Under the pieces are notes generated by a model. The model did no database searches and was not told where the DNA came from. It worked only from the letters and a program-made list of their open reading frames with translations. The position numbers and the translations under genes are program-made. This document shows, piece by piece, positions 50,195 to 62,079 of a DNA stretch of 64,000 nt; within the stretch, counting starts at the first letter, position 1, and each line of letters begins with the position of its first letter. The DNA is from Octopus bimaculoides (taxonomy: Eukaryota): positions 14,266,679-14,330,678 of the forward strand of contig NC_068987.1 in assembly GCF_001194135.2 (NCBI RefSeq), read 5' to 3'.

Positions 50195-50411
50195 TTAACC
50201 CTTTAGCATTTATACTGGCCATATCTGGCTCAAGTATTCTACATGTTTTACATTCTTACTGGCCATGTCTAACCTCTTACATCTCGCAAACACTAACATT
50301 CTAAAAATAAGCAATCACATCATCAAAAGCTATAAGATAATGCAGGATTAATTCAAAACAATTTCAATAAAGAAAACATGTTTGATAGTAATCTGAATGT
50401 TAAAGAGTTAA
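50195..50411. mobile_element. TTAA MITE family A, complete
   Basis: ttaaccctttagcatt...aatgttaaagagttaa. Confidence 0.75.
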
Positions 50412-50620
50412 ACTTAGCTTTAGACTATTACTCTGGTGGTTGAAAAAGAATGGGAAGGTGCATTATAAATGGTACATGGTTGTCTGGGAAATGTGTCCTG
50501 TGTATCAGATGTTATACACAGGACAGGCAAATGGTTTAAAAGAATAGGACAACATGGGAAATATAGAACTAATTGGGCAAAAAAACCACAGGTAATAAAT
50601 GCCTTTGATCTTGGATCTGC

Positions 50621-51250
50621 TTAACCCTTTAGCATTTAAATCAGCCAAATCAAGCCCAAATATTCTGTTTTATAGTCAAACTGGTGAGATCCAGCCTTTA
50701 ACACCTACCCTACAATGCCATTCTAAACATAAACAGTCAGACCATTGAAACCTCAAAAGCTTCCAGATAATGCATGATTAACCCTTTAGCATTTAAACAG
50801 GCCATATCTGACCAAAATATTCTGCTTCTTGTATTTTCAAACTGGCCAGATCCAACCTCTCACACCTGCCCTACAATGTCATTCTAAACATAAACAGTCA
50901 TACCATTTGAAACCTCAAAAGCTTCCAGATAATGCATGATTAACCCTTTAGCATTTAAACAGGCCATATCTGACCAAAATATTCTGCTTCTTGTATGTTC
51001 AAACTGGCCAGATCCAACCTCTCACACCTGCCCTACAATGTCATTCTAAACATAAACAGTCATACCATTGAAACCTCAAAAGCTTCCAGATAATGCATGA
51101 TTAACCCTTTAGCATTTAAACAGGCCATATCTGGCCAAAATATTCTGCTTCTTGTATGTTCAGACTGGCCAGATCCAACCTCTCACACCTGCCCTACAAT
51201 GTCATTCTAAACACAAACAGTCATACCGTTGAAATCTCAAAGCTACCAGA
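50621..51250. repeat. Tandem array of four about-160-bp units derived from MITE family A
   Basis: Units start with ttaaccctttagcatttaaa at 50621, 50778, 50940 and 51101. Confidence 0.95.
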
Positions 51251-52046
51251 TGAAATATAGAAATATACCAGGGACTTTATAGATGATAACTAGAGCAGTG
51301 CTAGTTAGGAAAAGTCACAATCAATCTAAGAATGCTTCAGATTCCAGAATGAAGATCTTTGTGTAAGAAATGATTGTATACTTTTGTCCAGAGTGCAAAA
51401 AAAATGGTGGTGGGAGAAGATTAACATCTTGCTGTAGTTGGCAATAATGTGGTTGTGTTTTGAGCAGTTTATTTAAATAGTCTGTGTGCTTTCATTTCAT
51501 TACAGTCAATGTAGGTCATTTGCCTTTCGACATCTTACACCATACTGTTGCCTACTTTTGGAATACTTAGAAAAACTTCATGTTCCTCTTGGCAAGTTCT
51601 TAGAAATAACATTTTTTTTCCACTCTAGCTTTGGTTCTATTTCTGAATTTAATTTAAAGCTATCATTTTACTCTTTTACTTGTTTCAGTCGTTTGACTGT
51701 GGCCATGCTGGTGCACCGCCTTTAGTCGAGCAAAGTACCAGGACTTATTCTTTGTCAGCCTAGTACTTATTCTGCTGGATGCCCTTCCAAATGCCAACCA
51801 CTTCACAGTGTGGACTGGATGCTTTTCACATGTATAAAAATCCTGAGGGAATAGAAAGGTGGACTGAACACTTTCACTGAACTTTTCAACAATCAACCAG
51901 AGTTGATAAACTACTTAGATAGTTCCATTTGAAGTTGTAAATGGTGTGTTATATAGGTGACTTGGTATATTTTGTATAATGTATTTCTGTACATTATTTA
52001 CATTATTTACATTTGACGGATATTCGTCCTCATCTTGTTTGTTGTT

Positions 52047-52092
52047 AACACAACGTTTCGGCTGATATACCCTCCAGCCTTCGTCAGGTGTC
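52047..52092 (-). ncRNA. Minimal type I hammerhead motif, minus arm
   Basis: Reverse complement reads gacac-CTGACGA-a-ggctg(gagggtatat)cagcc-GAA-ACGT-T^gtgtt. Confidence 0.7.
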
Positions 52093-52315
52093 TTGGGGAA
52101 ATTTCGAACCTGGGTTCTCATTCCTATCGATGTTACTATTATTATTATTATATTATTATTATTATTATTATTACTATTATTAATCAGGTCGCTGCCGTGA
52201 ATCGAACTCGGAACCTTGGGGTTAGTAGCCCGCGCTCTTAACCACTACGCCATATGCCCGCCATAATAATAGTAACATCGATAGGAATGAGAACCCAGGT
52301 TCGAAATTTCCCTAA

Positions 52316-52361
52316 GACACCTGACGAAGGCTGGAGGGTATATCAGCCGAAACGTTGTGTT
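52316..52361 (+). ncRNA. Minimal type I hammerhead motif, plus arm
   Basis: gacac-CTGACGA-a-ggctg(gagggtatat)cagcc-GAA-ACGT-T^gtgtt, with palindromic helix III. Confidence 0.7.
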
Positions 52362-52934
52362 GACAACAAACAAGATGAGGACGAATATCCGTCAAATGTA
52401 AATAATGTAAATAATTCCTCATCTCTTAAATATAGAACTGTATGTATTTCTGTGTATTGAATTTCATTGACTGAGGAGCAAGCTTCTTAGTCGCATAGCT
52501 ATGCTCTGAACCTATGGAAGAAGCGAACTAGAAATCCTGAAGATCTGAGAAGGTTGTACCTTACAGATGAGACGAGGCCAGATCAAAATGATAGTGGCAT
52601 GTTGAACTGAGGACACTTCCAATTCTGGCCAGCATTGGGAAAACAAATATTAAAACAAGTTTTGTCTTATCAAAGGGTGTATTATCAAAGTGAGTTCCCC
52701 TTGCACTGATATCGTTTTGTTGTTTGAATGAACTTCAGGTGAGTGTTTCAAAGTCTGACAAAAAGTTTTGTGTCAAAACATTCTCAGAGTGTAATGGAAT
52801 ACTGTTTACTTACCTGATTAGCTTGGCTGGAATTGCTTCAATTATTATCTTGATTATGATTTTGGGAATTACATGAACTTAATAACACTTCATTTCCTCT
52901 CCTGTTATTAACCTGTGCTGTCATTATATATATA

Positions 52935-52981
<47 letters not shown>

Positions 52982-53647
52982 ATTAATACTGAGAAAATTG
53001 TTGTAATTTTACAGAATACACTCTCCTTCGACCCCTTCCGCTATAACATCCCCTACTCATTCTATTTTCTGCTCTCCTTCTCCATCTATTATTTCTCCTC
53101 ACTTATTTTTCCTTTTCTCTCTCTCTCTCGACCATGTTTTCTTCTCCTCTCCCTTCTCTGTTTCTTTATCTTTCCTGTACAGGCCATTTCTTCAGTCTCG
53201 GTATATAAACTAATTGCAATTGAAACTCGGGTATCTTTATTTATCATTATCATCATAACTGTCATCATTGTCATCATTTTAACATCTGTTTTCCCATGTT
53301 TTCATGGGTCAGACTGAATTTGTTGAGGCAAATTTTCTACAGCTGGATGCTCTTCCTGTTACCAACCCACACTTGTTTCCAAGCAAATTAATATTTTCCC
53401 CCTGGTTAAACATGTTTTCACAGATGATTAGAAACGAGCAACAAAAACTTGTATGATATTCATTTACAACCATCACATGATGTCAGACTAAGGACACACA
53501 CACACACACACACACACATGATAGACTTCTTTCAGTTTCTATCAAACTCACTCATAAGGCTTTTCCCCCTGGGGCTATAGTAAGAAGACACTTGCCCATG
53601 GTGCTACATATTAAGACTGAATCTAAAACCATGTGGCAGGAAAGCAG

Positions 53648-54285
53648 ATGCAGGCTTAGCTGTATGGTTAGAAGATTCCTTCCCAATCATCTGGTTCGGG
53701 TTTCAGTCCTGTGTGGCACCTTGGGCAAGTGTCTTCTACTATAATATCAGGCTGACCAAAGCCTTGTGAGTGGATTTGTAGGTGGAAACTGAAAGAAGCC
53801 TCTGTGTGTATGTTGCATGTCTTGTTTCTCTTTTTTTTTGTTGTTCGAAAAAAAAAAAAAAAGAATAAAGTTCGTTTTCTGTCTTCATCTTTCTGTTTTC
53901 GTTTCTCATTGTGTTTAACGTTTTTGTGATGTCTTGTACCCATATATGCTTGTATGTATACATATAGATGTCGGTATGTACATATATGTATGGATATATG
54001 CCTATAATTATATATTATTTATGTTATTATATACAAATGTGTGTGTGTGTGTGTATATATAAGTGCGTGTGCATCTTTGTGTGTTTGTCCCCCACCACTG
54101 TTTGACAACTGGTGTTGGTGTTTTTTTACGTCCCCCGTAACTTAGCAGCTCAGCAAAAGAAACTGATAGAATTAGTACCAGGCTTTACAAAAAAAAAAAA
54201 AAAAGTACTGGGGTTAATTCGTTTGACTAAAATTCCAGGTGATACCCCAGCATGGCCACAGTCTCCTGAGTGAAACAAGTAAAAA
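53648..54285 (+). mobile_element. SINE family 1, interrupted by another repeat
   Basis: Head gcaggcttagctgtatgg..ccttgggcaagtgtcttc; tail cagcatggccacag..gaaacaagtaaaa. Confidence 0.75.
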
Positions 54286-55127
54286 GTGAATGGGTGAAAG
54301 ATTAAAAGAAAAACAATGCAATCACCAGCAGGTATTGTTGAAAGTTGGAATCTAAACACTCGAAAGTTTTGTTAGTTTTCTTTCTGACGTTGAATAAACC
54401 AATGCCGTTGTGTTTTGTTTTCGTACTTTTCCCTTTATCTGACCCACTTGATTGTCTTACCATTTATGAAACAATTAATTTCCGAATGGCAGAAGTTAAT
54501 CTAACTCTGAATTAATTACAACATTAATTACAAACTAGACTGGTGGTGATGTAGAAGAGTTGTTAGAACCTTGCAGTATTTGTCCACCACTTTGTGTTCT
54601 GAGTTCAAGTTCTGCCCATGGCCCATGGCTTACTTGGGTGGCAGACTCAGTTTGTTGCCTGGTTTAACACCACTACTTGGCACATTGTCTTTAGTGGAGT
54701 CTGCTCTGTTGGCAGCATTCAGGGAATGTCTCCAGTTTGAGACCACTTCTGTTTCCATAATACAAACTTTCTGTTTTGAAGTGATCCAAATTAAAACTTC
54801 CCATGAAAACTTTATTAAATCTATGTTTCAAATACCAGTTTAATAATGACAATGTTATTCTACTAAATTCTTCATTATTTTCAAAATTAGCTGGCCCCGT
54901 ACCGTCAAAAATGACGGCTTATTGTAGTATTTTATATATGAATAAGGTACAAAATAATCACAGATACAAACATTCACATACTTCCCTTGTGCATGCACAC
55001 ACATACACACAGGAAGTTGAAACGCTGTTTGATTTTTCTTTTCAGTGTTGAATGTTCACCATCCCACTTCCATTCTGCGTGCACACATACGCACACACAC
55101 TCACAAACAAACATTCACATACCTCCC

Positions 55128-55167
<40 letters not shown>

Positions 55168-55457
55168 TCACACAGAGTTGAAACGCTGTTTGATTTTTTT
55201 TCACTGTAATATTTCCATCATCCCTTCCTTCCGCATTCATCTATTTACCTCTTCTTTTCTCATTCATATGTTGTGATGGAGAAAAACAAGAGTATTATTA
55301 TAGTAGATGTTTCAAATACCAGTTCAATAACGACAGCTATTTTACTAAATTCTTCATTATTTTCAAAATGAATTGAAAAAAAGGTAGTGTATCTTAACAG
55401 AAAATATTGGAACATAAGAATTAAAATCTGAAAAGTTCTTATCTTATCATTTTTCAG

Positions 55458-55512
55458 ATTTGGTCTTAGCAATAAATTTGATACCGAATTTCCATCAGCC
55501 CTTTCAGCAAAG
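55458..55512 (+). CDS. CHIC2: CHIC2-like exon 2
   Basis: ttttcag|A TTT GGT..: (I)FGLSNKFDTEFPSALSAK|gtaagt. 55 nt; completes the phase-2 codon. Confidence 0.95.
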
Positions 55513-55799
55513 GTAAGTAGGGTTTGATTTTCTTTTATTAAAAAAAGATTTTGTTTTTAAATTTAAAAACCCTTGGAGGAAGTGATACCTAAAGTTTGTC
55601 ACAGCTTTAATGTTTAGTTTGAGTTGCATTAAAAATCAAGACTTACACGCACGTGTGCACACATACACAATATCCATTGTGACTTAATTGGGAATAAATA
55701 AAATCACAGCTTTTGGTGGGGAACTGTTTTATTATCGCTTGTTTCTTGGGGTTTTTTTTCTTGAAGTTTCATCTAATGCTACTGATTCTGTTACATCAT

Positions 55800-56197
55800 A
55801 CTCTTTTACTTATTTCAGTCATTTGACTGCGGCCATGCTGGAGCACCGCCTTTAGTCGAGCAAATCGACCCCAGGACTTATTCTTTGTAAGCCTGGTACT
55901 TATTCTGTCGGTCTCTTTTTGCCGAACTGCTAAATTACGGGGATGTAAACACACCAGCATCAGTTGTCAAGTGATGTTGGGGGGACAAATACAGACACAC
56001 AAACACACACACATATACATATATATATATACATATATACGATGGGCTTCTTTCAGTTTCTGCCAACCAAATCCACTCACAAGGCTTTGGTCAGCCCGAG
56101 GCTATAGTTGAAGACACTTGCCCAAAGTGCCACGCAGTGGGACTGAACCCGAAACCATATGGTTGGTAAGCAAGCTACTTACCACACAGCCACTCCT
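55800..56197 (-). mobile_element. SINE family 1, full length
   Basis: Close match to 9012-9400. Confidence 0.9.
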
Positions 56198-56612
56198 AAT
56201 ATCCTAATATTATATTATATATATGATATATTATATTATATATATGATATATATTCCATCAGTCTTTTTCAGAGTCAGCGTTTATTGATTCAGTGTTAGT
56301 ATATTAGAAATAATTGGTTCACGCCATGTTATTTATTCTCTGCTAGATTAATGATTTATGTAGGCATGGTACAATTACCATTTGATGATGTTTATAAATA
56401 TTCTGTCATTAACAGTCTTATGATCATATTTTCTAATGATATACATTGACTATTTTGTCTTAATTTAAAAGATAGCCAGAGGGTTTAGTAAAATGCCAAA
56501 CTCCATTAATAGCCTGGTGTTTGGAGCATTATTTAATGAAAAAGGTTTTTATATTAAATTATGATGGAAGGTTAGAATTTAAATACTGTATTTTCCAACA
56601 TACAAGTTGCCA

Positions 56613-57500
56613 TAGAGATCTGATCAATGAGTATCTGGACTGTTGCCATTGTAACGAAGCTAAAGCGTGTAGTGTGAAGCTGCTAGGCACAGATTGACCT
56701 TGAACTCTGCTGTGCATGTGCACTAAGTTTTAACATTCTAGTTCACTTCCACTGTTTACAGCAGTGCTTGGAAGGAAGGTGAGTAGCGTGTGGTTGTCGC
56801 ATTGACCAGGACAGAGAAGGTTGTCATGGCGATACCTGCTCAGAGGCCTACGCAAAGTTGTAGAAAGTATACGGAGAGGAGTGTATGAGTTGCACACAAG
56901 TGTATGAGTGGTTCAGACGTTTCCAAGATGGACAAAAAATGTCGATATTGACAAACATTCTGGGAGACCCGCAACCAGCAGAACTGAGAAAAACATTGCA
57001 GATCTTCGTACAGCTGTGAGGGAAAATTGTCGAATCCCCATCCATTAGTTATCAGAGGATGTACAAATTAGGGTTCAGTTCATTATCACTGAAGATTTGG
57101 ATATGAGATGCATGTCTGCCAAGTTTGTGTCAAATCTGCTTTCAGCTGACCAGAAAGACACTTGAGTTTCAGCTGTACAAGATCTCCTTGATTGTGTTGA
57201 GAACGATGAAAACTTTTTGAAAACTTTGTATAGGTCTCTGAGCAGGTATCATCAAACGTTGAGCAAAACGTTTGATGCAGATTCCCTGCTCAACATTCTC
57301 TGTTATGGTCAATGCGACAATCACATGCTACACACCTTCCTTCCAAGCACTGCTGTAAACAGCGGAAGTGAGCTAGAACGTTAAAACTTAGTGCGCATGC
57401 ACAGCTGAGTTTAAGGTCAATCTGTGCCAAGTGGCTTCACTCTGTGTTTTAGCTTTGTTACTATAGCAACAGTCCAGATACTTATTGATCAGACCTCGTA
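56613..57500. mobile_element. Mariner-derived fold-back element with two 5' ends
   Basis: Left 56613-56860 and right 57221-57500 are inverted copies, right end followed by TA. The interior encodes GDTCSEAYAKL*KVYGEECMSCTQVYEWFRRFQDG. Confidence 0.9.
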
Positions 57501-57692
57501 TAGTATAAACATTGAACCGTCATCACTATCTTTCCTTATCCTATTGCATTTCACATGGAATTTTTTGATTCTTCAAAATCATTTTGGTGTATGTCTTTTT
57601 TGGCTATAAATTCTTATCTGTAAAATAAAGAATTTTTGTGTTTTATATAACCAGAGGAGGCAGTTCAAGCGGGTTAGTATGGAAAACATTAA

Positions 57693-57944
<252 letters not shown>

Positions 57945-58163
57945 TGATGTATTGATTTTAAAAATCATAAGAATGCAGGATTTGTGGTGTAGTTGATAAT
58001 CTTGCTTCCTAACCACTTGGAGTTTTGAGTTCATTTCCACTGCAGGGCATTTTGGGCAAGTGTCTTCTATAGCCCCTGACTGACCAAAGTCTTATAGATA
58101 AATTTGGTTGATGGAAACTGAAAGAAGACTGTCCTCTGAGTGTGTATGTATGTGTGAATAATG

Positions 58164-58164
<1 letters not shown>

Positions 58165-58232
<68 letters not shown>
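58165..58232. repeat. (CA)n microsatellite
   Basis: Long pure CA tract; one of many (CA)n/(TA)n tracts. Confidence 1.
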
Positions 58233-58234
<2 letters not shown>

Positions 58235-59448
58235 TATGACAGAATTAAATAGAACCCTTATAATCACTAACATTTATTTAAATCTGAAATTATGCATTCA
58301 AATTATTAACTAATTATCATGCGAATATCTGATATTTAGTAGACATGCCCTTTGCATTTTTCAATTCAAGGATCCTATAAGGTGTGCTACTGATCAGATG
58401 ACAAATATTCTCGTGGGGAATTTCTTGCCAAGTTTCATGCAGTAATCTCAAAAGATCTGGTTTTGGGGATGCTTTCCTTTTCTTTTTACGAAGTTTCCTG
58501 TCCATTATGCCCCAGAGGTGTTCAATAGGGCTCGTATCTGGTGACTGGCTTCGCCATGGAAGTTTTTTAATGCCATTCTTTTTCAGCCATGTGACAAGGA
58601 ACCCCATCTTCCATAAATAGTCTTTAATCATTTCACCATTGGAGAAGATTGGAAGGGGTCCTTTCCACAATATGTACACCTATTTATCTGAGTTTGTTTC
58701 CATCACACTCCACCTGCTCTGATTAACCATTGCTCCAAATTGTTCCCCAGACCATCACAGGATAGCTGCCTTGTTTCATTGTTGGCAGCAATCTTTTCAT
58801 GTCAAATTCTTGATCACAGAATTTTCAGACCCCCCCACTCGACCACTGTCAGAAAATACAGCAAATCTGGACTCATCAGAGAATATGATAATGTCCCAAA
58901 ATGCTAGCAGCCACTCCATCATCTCACTGGCCCAATTTTTTCTCCACTTGATATTGGCTGGTCTAAGAAATGGCTTCCTTCTTGCTGCTCTGCCATAGTA
59001 GCCAAGTTTGTGGAGATACCTGACAGCTGTTCCGGGACTGACATCAACTTGTCCTGCTATGTCAGAGGCCTTGCAATGAGGATTATCTGTCACACTTCAC
59101 TTAACAAAGCAGAGGGTCCTATTAAAGTGCCCTTGTTGACGTGGGCAAGGTGATGTGGACTCTTTCCCTCTCTGGTGAATTGCACAATCACCCTATTAAG
59201 TGTAGAAAGCAGGATCCCAAGGTTTGCTGTGATTTTACATTGAGTAAATCCACCCTTCAGATTGAACCGCAATACGGCCCCTTTGAAATTTGGACAGTCC
59301 CAAGGCTTCTTTTGTATGTGGCATGATTAAACAGTCACATATAGAACCTGAAACATAAAAATGTCCATTAATAAAAAAAAATATAAACCGTTTCAAGTTT
59401 AACATAAAACAATGTTTTATGGGTTGTCTATTTACTTCTGTCGTGTGT
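58231..59448 (-). mobile_element. Tc1-family transposon fossil in CHIC2 intron 3
   Basis: Fragments GLSKFQRGRI, LHKLGYYGRAARRKP, IIFSDESRF, WRSQSPDTSPIEHLW. Degenerate TIRs gacagaattaaatagaaccc / gggttgtctatttacttctgtc. Confidence 0.92.
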
Positions 59449-59679
59449 GTGTGTGTATAGTATAAATAGAGAGAGAGAAAGAGCAGTGGGGCATAGTTAC
59501 TATAACCTAATGCAATAAGGTGTTCTCTGATGGGAACATCTTTGTGGTTGAGCATCTAAATGCACTGGGAACACCTATAACAGGGCTCAAAACCATAACA
59601 GTGAAAGGCATGTAGGAACTATGATATAAACTTGTTTATCCCTATTTCTCCTACATACACATAGATATTACAATAATTG

Positions 59680-60112
59680 TTCAGTTGTATATTTAAGAGA
59701 TGAGGAATTATGTACATTATTTACATTTGACAGATATTTGTCCTCATCTTGTTTGTTGTTAACGTTTCGGCTGATATATCCTCCAGACTTTATCAGGTGT
59801 CTTGGGGAAATTTCAAACCTGGGTTCTCATTTCTAAGGTATTTTTTGATGTTATTATTATTCAGGTCACTTGGAATCTTGGGGTTAGTAACCCGTGCTCT
59901 TAACCCCAAGATTCAGAGTTCACTTCTCGGCAATGACCTGAATAATAATAATAATAATAATAATCATAATAACATCGAAAAATACCTATGGAATGAGAAC
60001 TCAGGTTTGAAATTTCCCCAAGACACCTGATGAAGGCTGGAGGGTATATCGGCCGAAATGTGTTGACAAACAAGATGAGGACAAATATCCGTCAAATGTA
60101 AATAATGTACAA
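59680..60112. mobile_element. Hammerhead-bearing tRNA-SINE, inverted dimer copy C (cores damaged)
   Basis: Minus and plus arms join inside the tRNA head at taacc, about 59900. Confidence 0.85.
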
Positions 60113-60348
60113 TAGTTGTTTTAATATTTTTTTTTTCTAGGTAATGAGTTTATATAAATTTTTCTTGCAAGTTCACTTTTTTTTTTTACATTTTCTTAAA
60201 AACGATGTGCTATTAAACAACAAAGAAAAGGAATTCAAAATACTGATTTGTTAGTGTGTGTGTGTGTGTGTGTGTGAGTGTACGTGCGCATGTGTGTTGA
60301 AAAGATACATTCTCTAGGGACTAACTTTTGCTGTGTATCTCTCTTCAG

Positions 60349-60405
60349 ACACGACATTCTATAGAAAAAGTTATTGAATGGGAAAACAATCACCTGTATC
60401 GTAAG
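60349..60405 (+). CDS. CHIC2: CHIC2-like exon 4
   Basis: ctcttcag|TRHSIEKVIEWENNHLYRK|gtaagg; 57 nt. Confidence 0.95.
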
Positions 60406-60518
60406 GTAAGGCATTAACACTGAAATTATCTTCTTCCAATTGAAAAACTGAATGGTTTTCATTGTTTTCTTTTAATTTTATAATTCCCATTAAAGGAACA
60501 ACAAAACAACCTTCTTCC

Positions 60519-60781
60519 TGAAGTAGTTGTATGCTGTCAACTTAATGTGACAGTCCCCTGAAGGGAATAATACTACTGTTGTTTAGACCTAGGAAGCTGC
60601 ACCACTTCCTGTCGACCTTAACACATTTCCTGTGTCCTTATGTCTCCCCCTTGTAAACATAAGGACACAGGAAATGTGTCAAGGCCGACAAGAAGCAGTG
60701 CAGCTTCCTAGGTCTAAACAACAGTAGTATTATTCCCTTCAGGGGACTGTCACATTAAGTTGACAGCATACAATTACTTCA
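60519..60781. repeat. Near-perfect inverted repeat: 125-bp arms, 13-nt loop
   Basis: 60519-60643 pairs with 60657-60781 with six non-Watson-Crick positions. Confidence 0.97.
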
Positions 60782-60995
60782 TCGTATCACTACTGCATAA
60801 ATCTCTCTGAGAGATTTAGAAATGTATTATTTTTAAACATTAAATGTTTGTGCTGCACATTAACTCTCTCTCTCTCTCCATCAAATCGACAATGAGGGTG
60901 CATGGCTTAGTGGTGATCGTGATTTCAATTCCTAGACTGGGTGGTGCATTGTTTTCTTAAACAAAGCACTTAATCTCACATTGCTCTGTGATCAC

Positions 60996-61221
60996 AAGCT
61001 GGCAGAAACGTTAGCACGCCGGGCGAAATGCTTAGCGGTATTTCGTCTGCCGCTACGTTCTGAGTTCAAATTCCGCCGAGGTCGACTTTGCCTTTCATCC
61101 TTTTGGGGTCGATTAAATAAGTACCAGTTACGCACTGGTGTCGATATAATCGACTTAATCAGTTTGTCTGTCCTTGTTTGTCCCCTCTGTGTTTAGCCCC
61201 TTGTGGGTAGTAAAGAAATAA
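60996..61221 (+). mobile_element. SINE family 2
   Basis: Matches 18767-18992; preceded by a different degraded SINE head. Confidence 0.88.
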
Positions 61222-61715
61222 CACTGTGCACCTGTTCAGGCACACACACACATATATGATGTCAATAAGGCATTGAAATTATGATGACTTTTGGTTGATA
61301 TCTGATGATGGTGAGTGCATCCACATCTTTCGTGTACTTTTTCCTGCTTTCTGTATGTTCTGTCATCATCCTCTTATGCCACACTATACTAATACACACA
61401 CACATATATACATATAAAAATCAACAAAAGAGTACAGTGAACATGCTGTGGGGAGTGGAAAAAGCCAACATTTTGGACAGTTCTTCTTCAGAGAGGATTC
61501 CTCTCAATTTTTTCCTGAGCAAGGACTCTGTCTGAAATACTGGATTTTCCTCTGCCCATAGTAAGTCCACAGCACTCTTGTTGTTGATTTTATTAAATGA
61601 TATGAGTCTTACCATTATGGACCAACACCAATCTCTTTTGATTCTGTGTAAGTGTGAGGGTGTGTATCTGTTTTTGAATACCAAAATGTTTGTACAAAAT
61701 TCTTTTAAATTCTAG

Positions 61716-61775
61716 CTTGGTCTAAACTGGCGACTGAGTAAACAACGATGTGATTCAAGCAGTATGATGGAATAT
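61716..61775 (+). CDS. CHIC2: CHIC2-like exon 5
   Basis: ttctag|LGLNWRLSKQRCDSSSMMEY|gtaagt; 60 nt. Confidence 0.95.
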
Positions 61776-62079
61776 GTAAGTGAATTTTTATTATTACTGT
61801 TTAGCTGCATACCACTGCGGCCCAAATTCAAATCTGGCAAGTGTTGACTGTGTCTTTTATCCTGATAGAATTAGTTGAATAAGTAGAACTCAAATGCTGG
61901 TTTTTATTAAATTGGCTGCACCCTTCATGCCAAAGTTTGTGGCCGAGTGTTCAATTCAATAATAGTAATTTTAGTAAGGAGTTTTGTCTTTGTTCTCGAC
62001 CTCTAGCAATCTTATATTAATTTTGTACTTTCTCTGCTAAAAAAGTCTACTTCTGATTCATGTTCTTTTACCCTTCTCC

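Larger units (their letters stand above)
51989..52440. mobile_element. Hammerhead-bearing tRNA-SINE, inverted dimer copy B (best preserved)
   Basis: Minus arm 51989-52260 carries the tRNA head (TGGCGTAGTGG, GAGTTCGATTC). Plus arm 52264-52440. About 150 bp are near-perfectly inverted. Confidence 0.9.

Noticed and set aside
50621-51250. CRISPR-like array
   Set aside because: Eukaryotic context; about-160-bp units with no unique spacers; MITE-derived.
54985-55205. Short direct repeat gttgaaacgctgtttgattttt
   Set aside because: A local duplication in CA-rich slippage sequence with no further structure.
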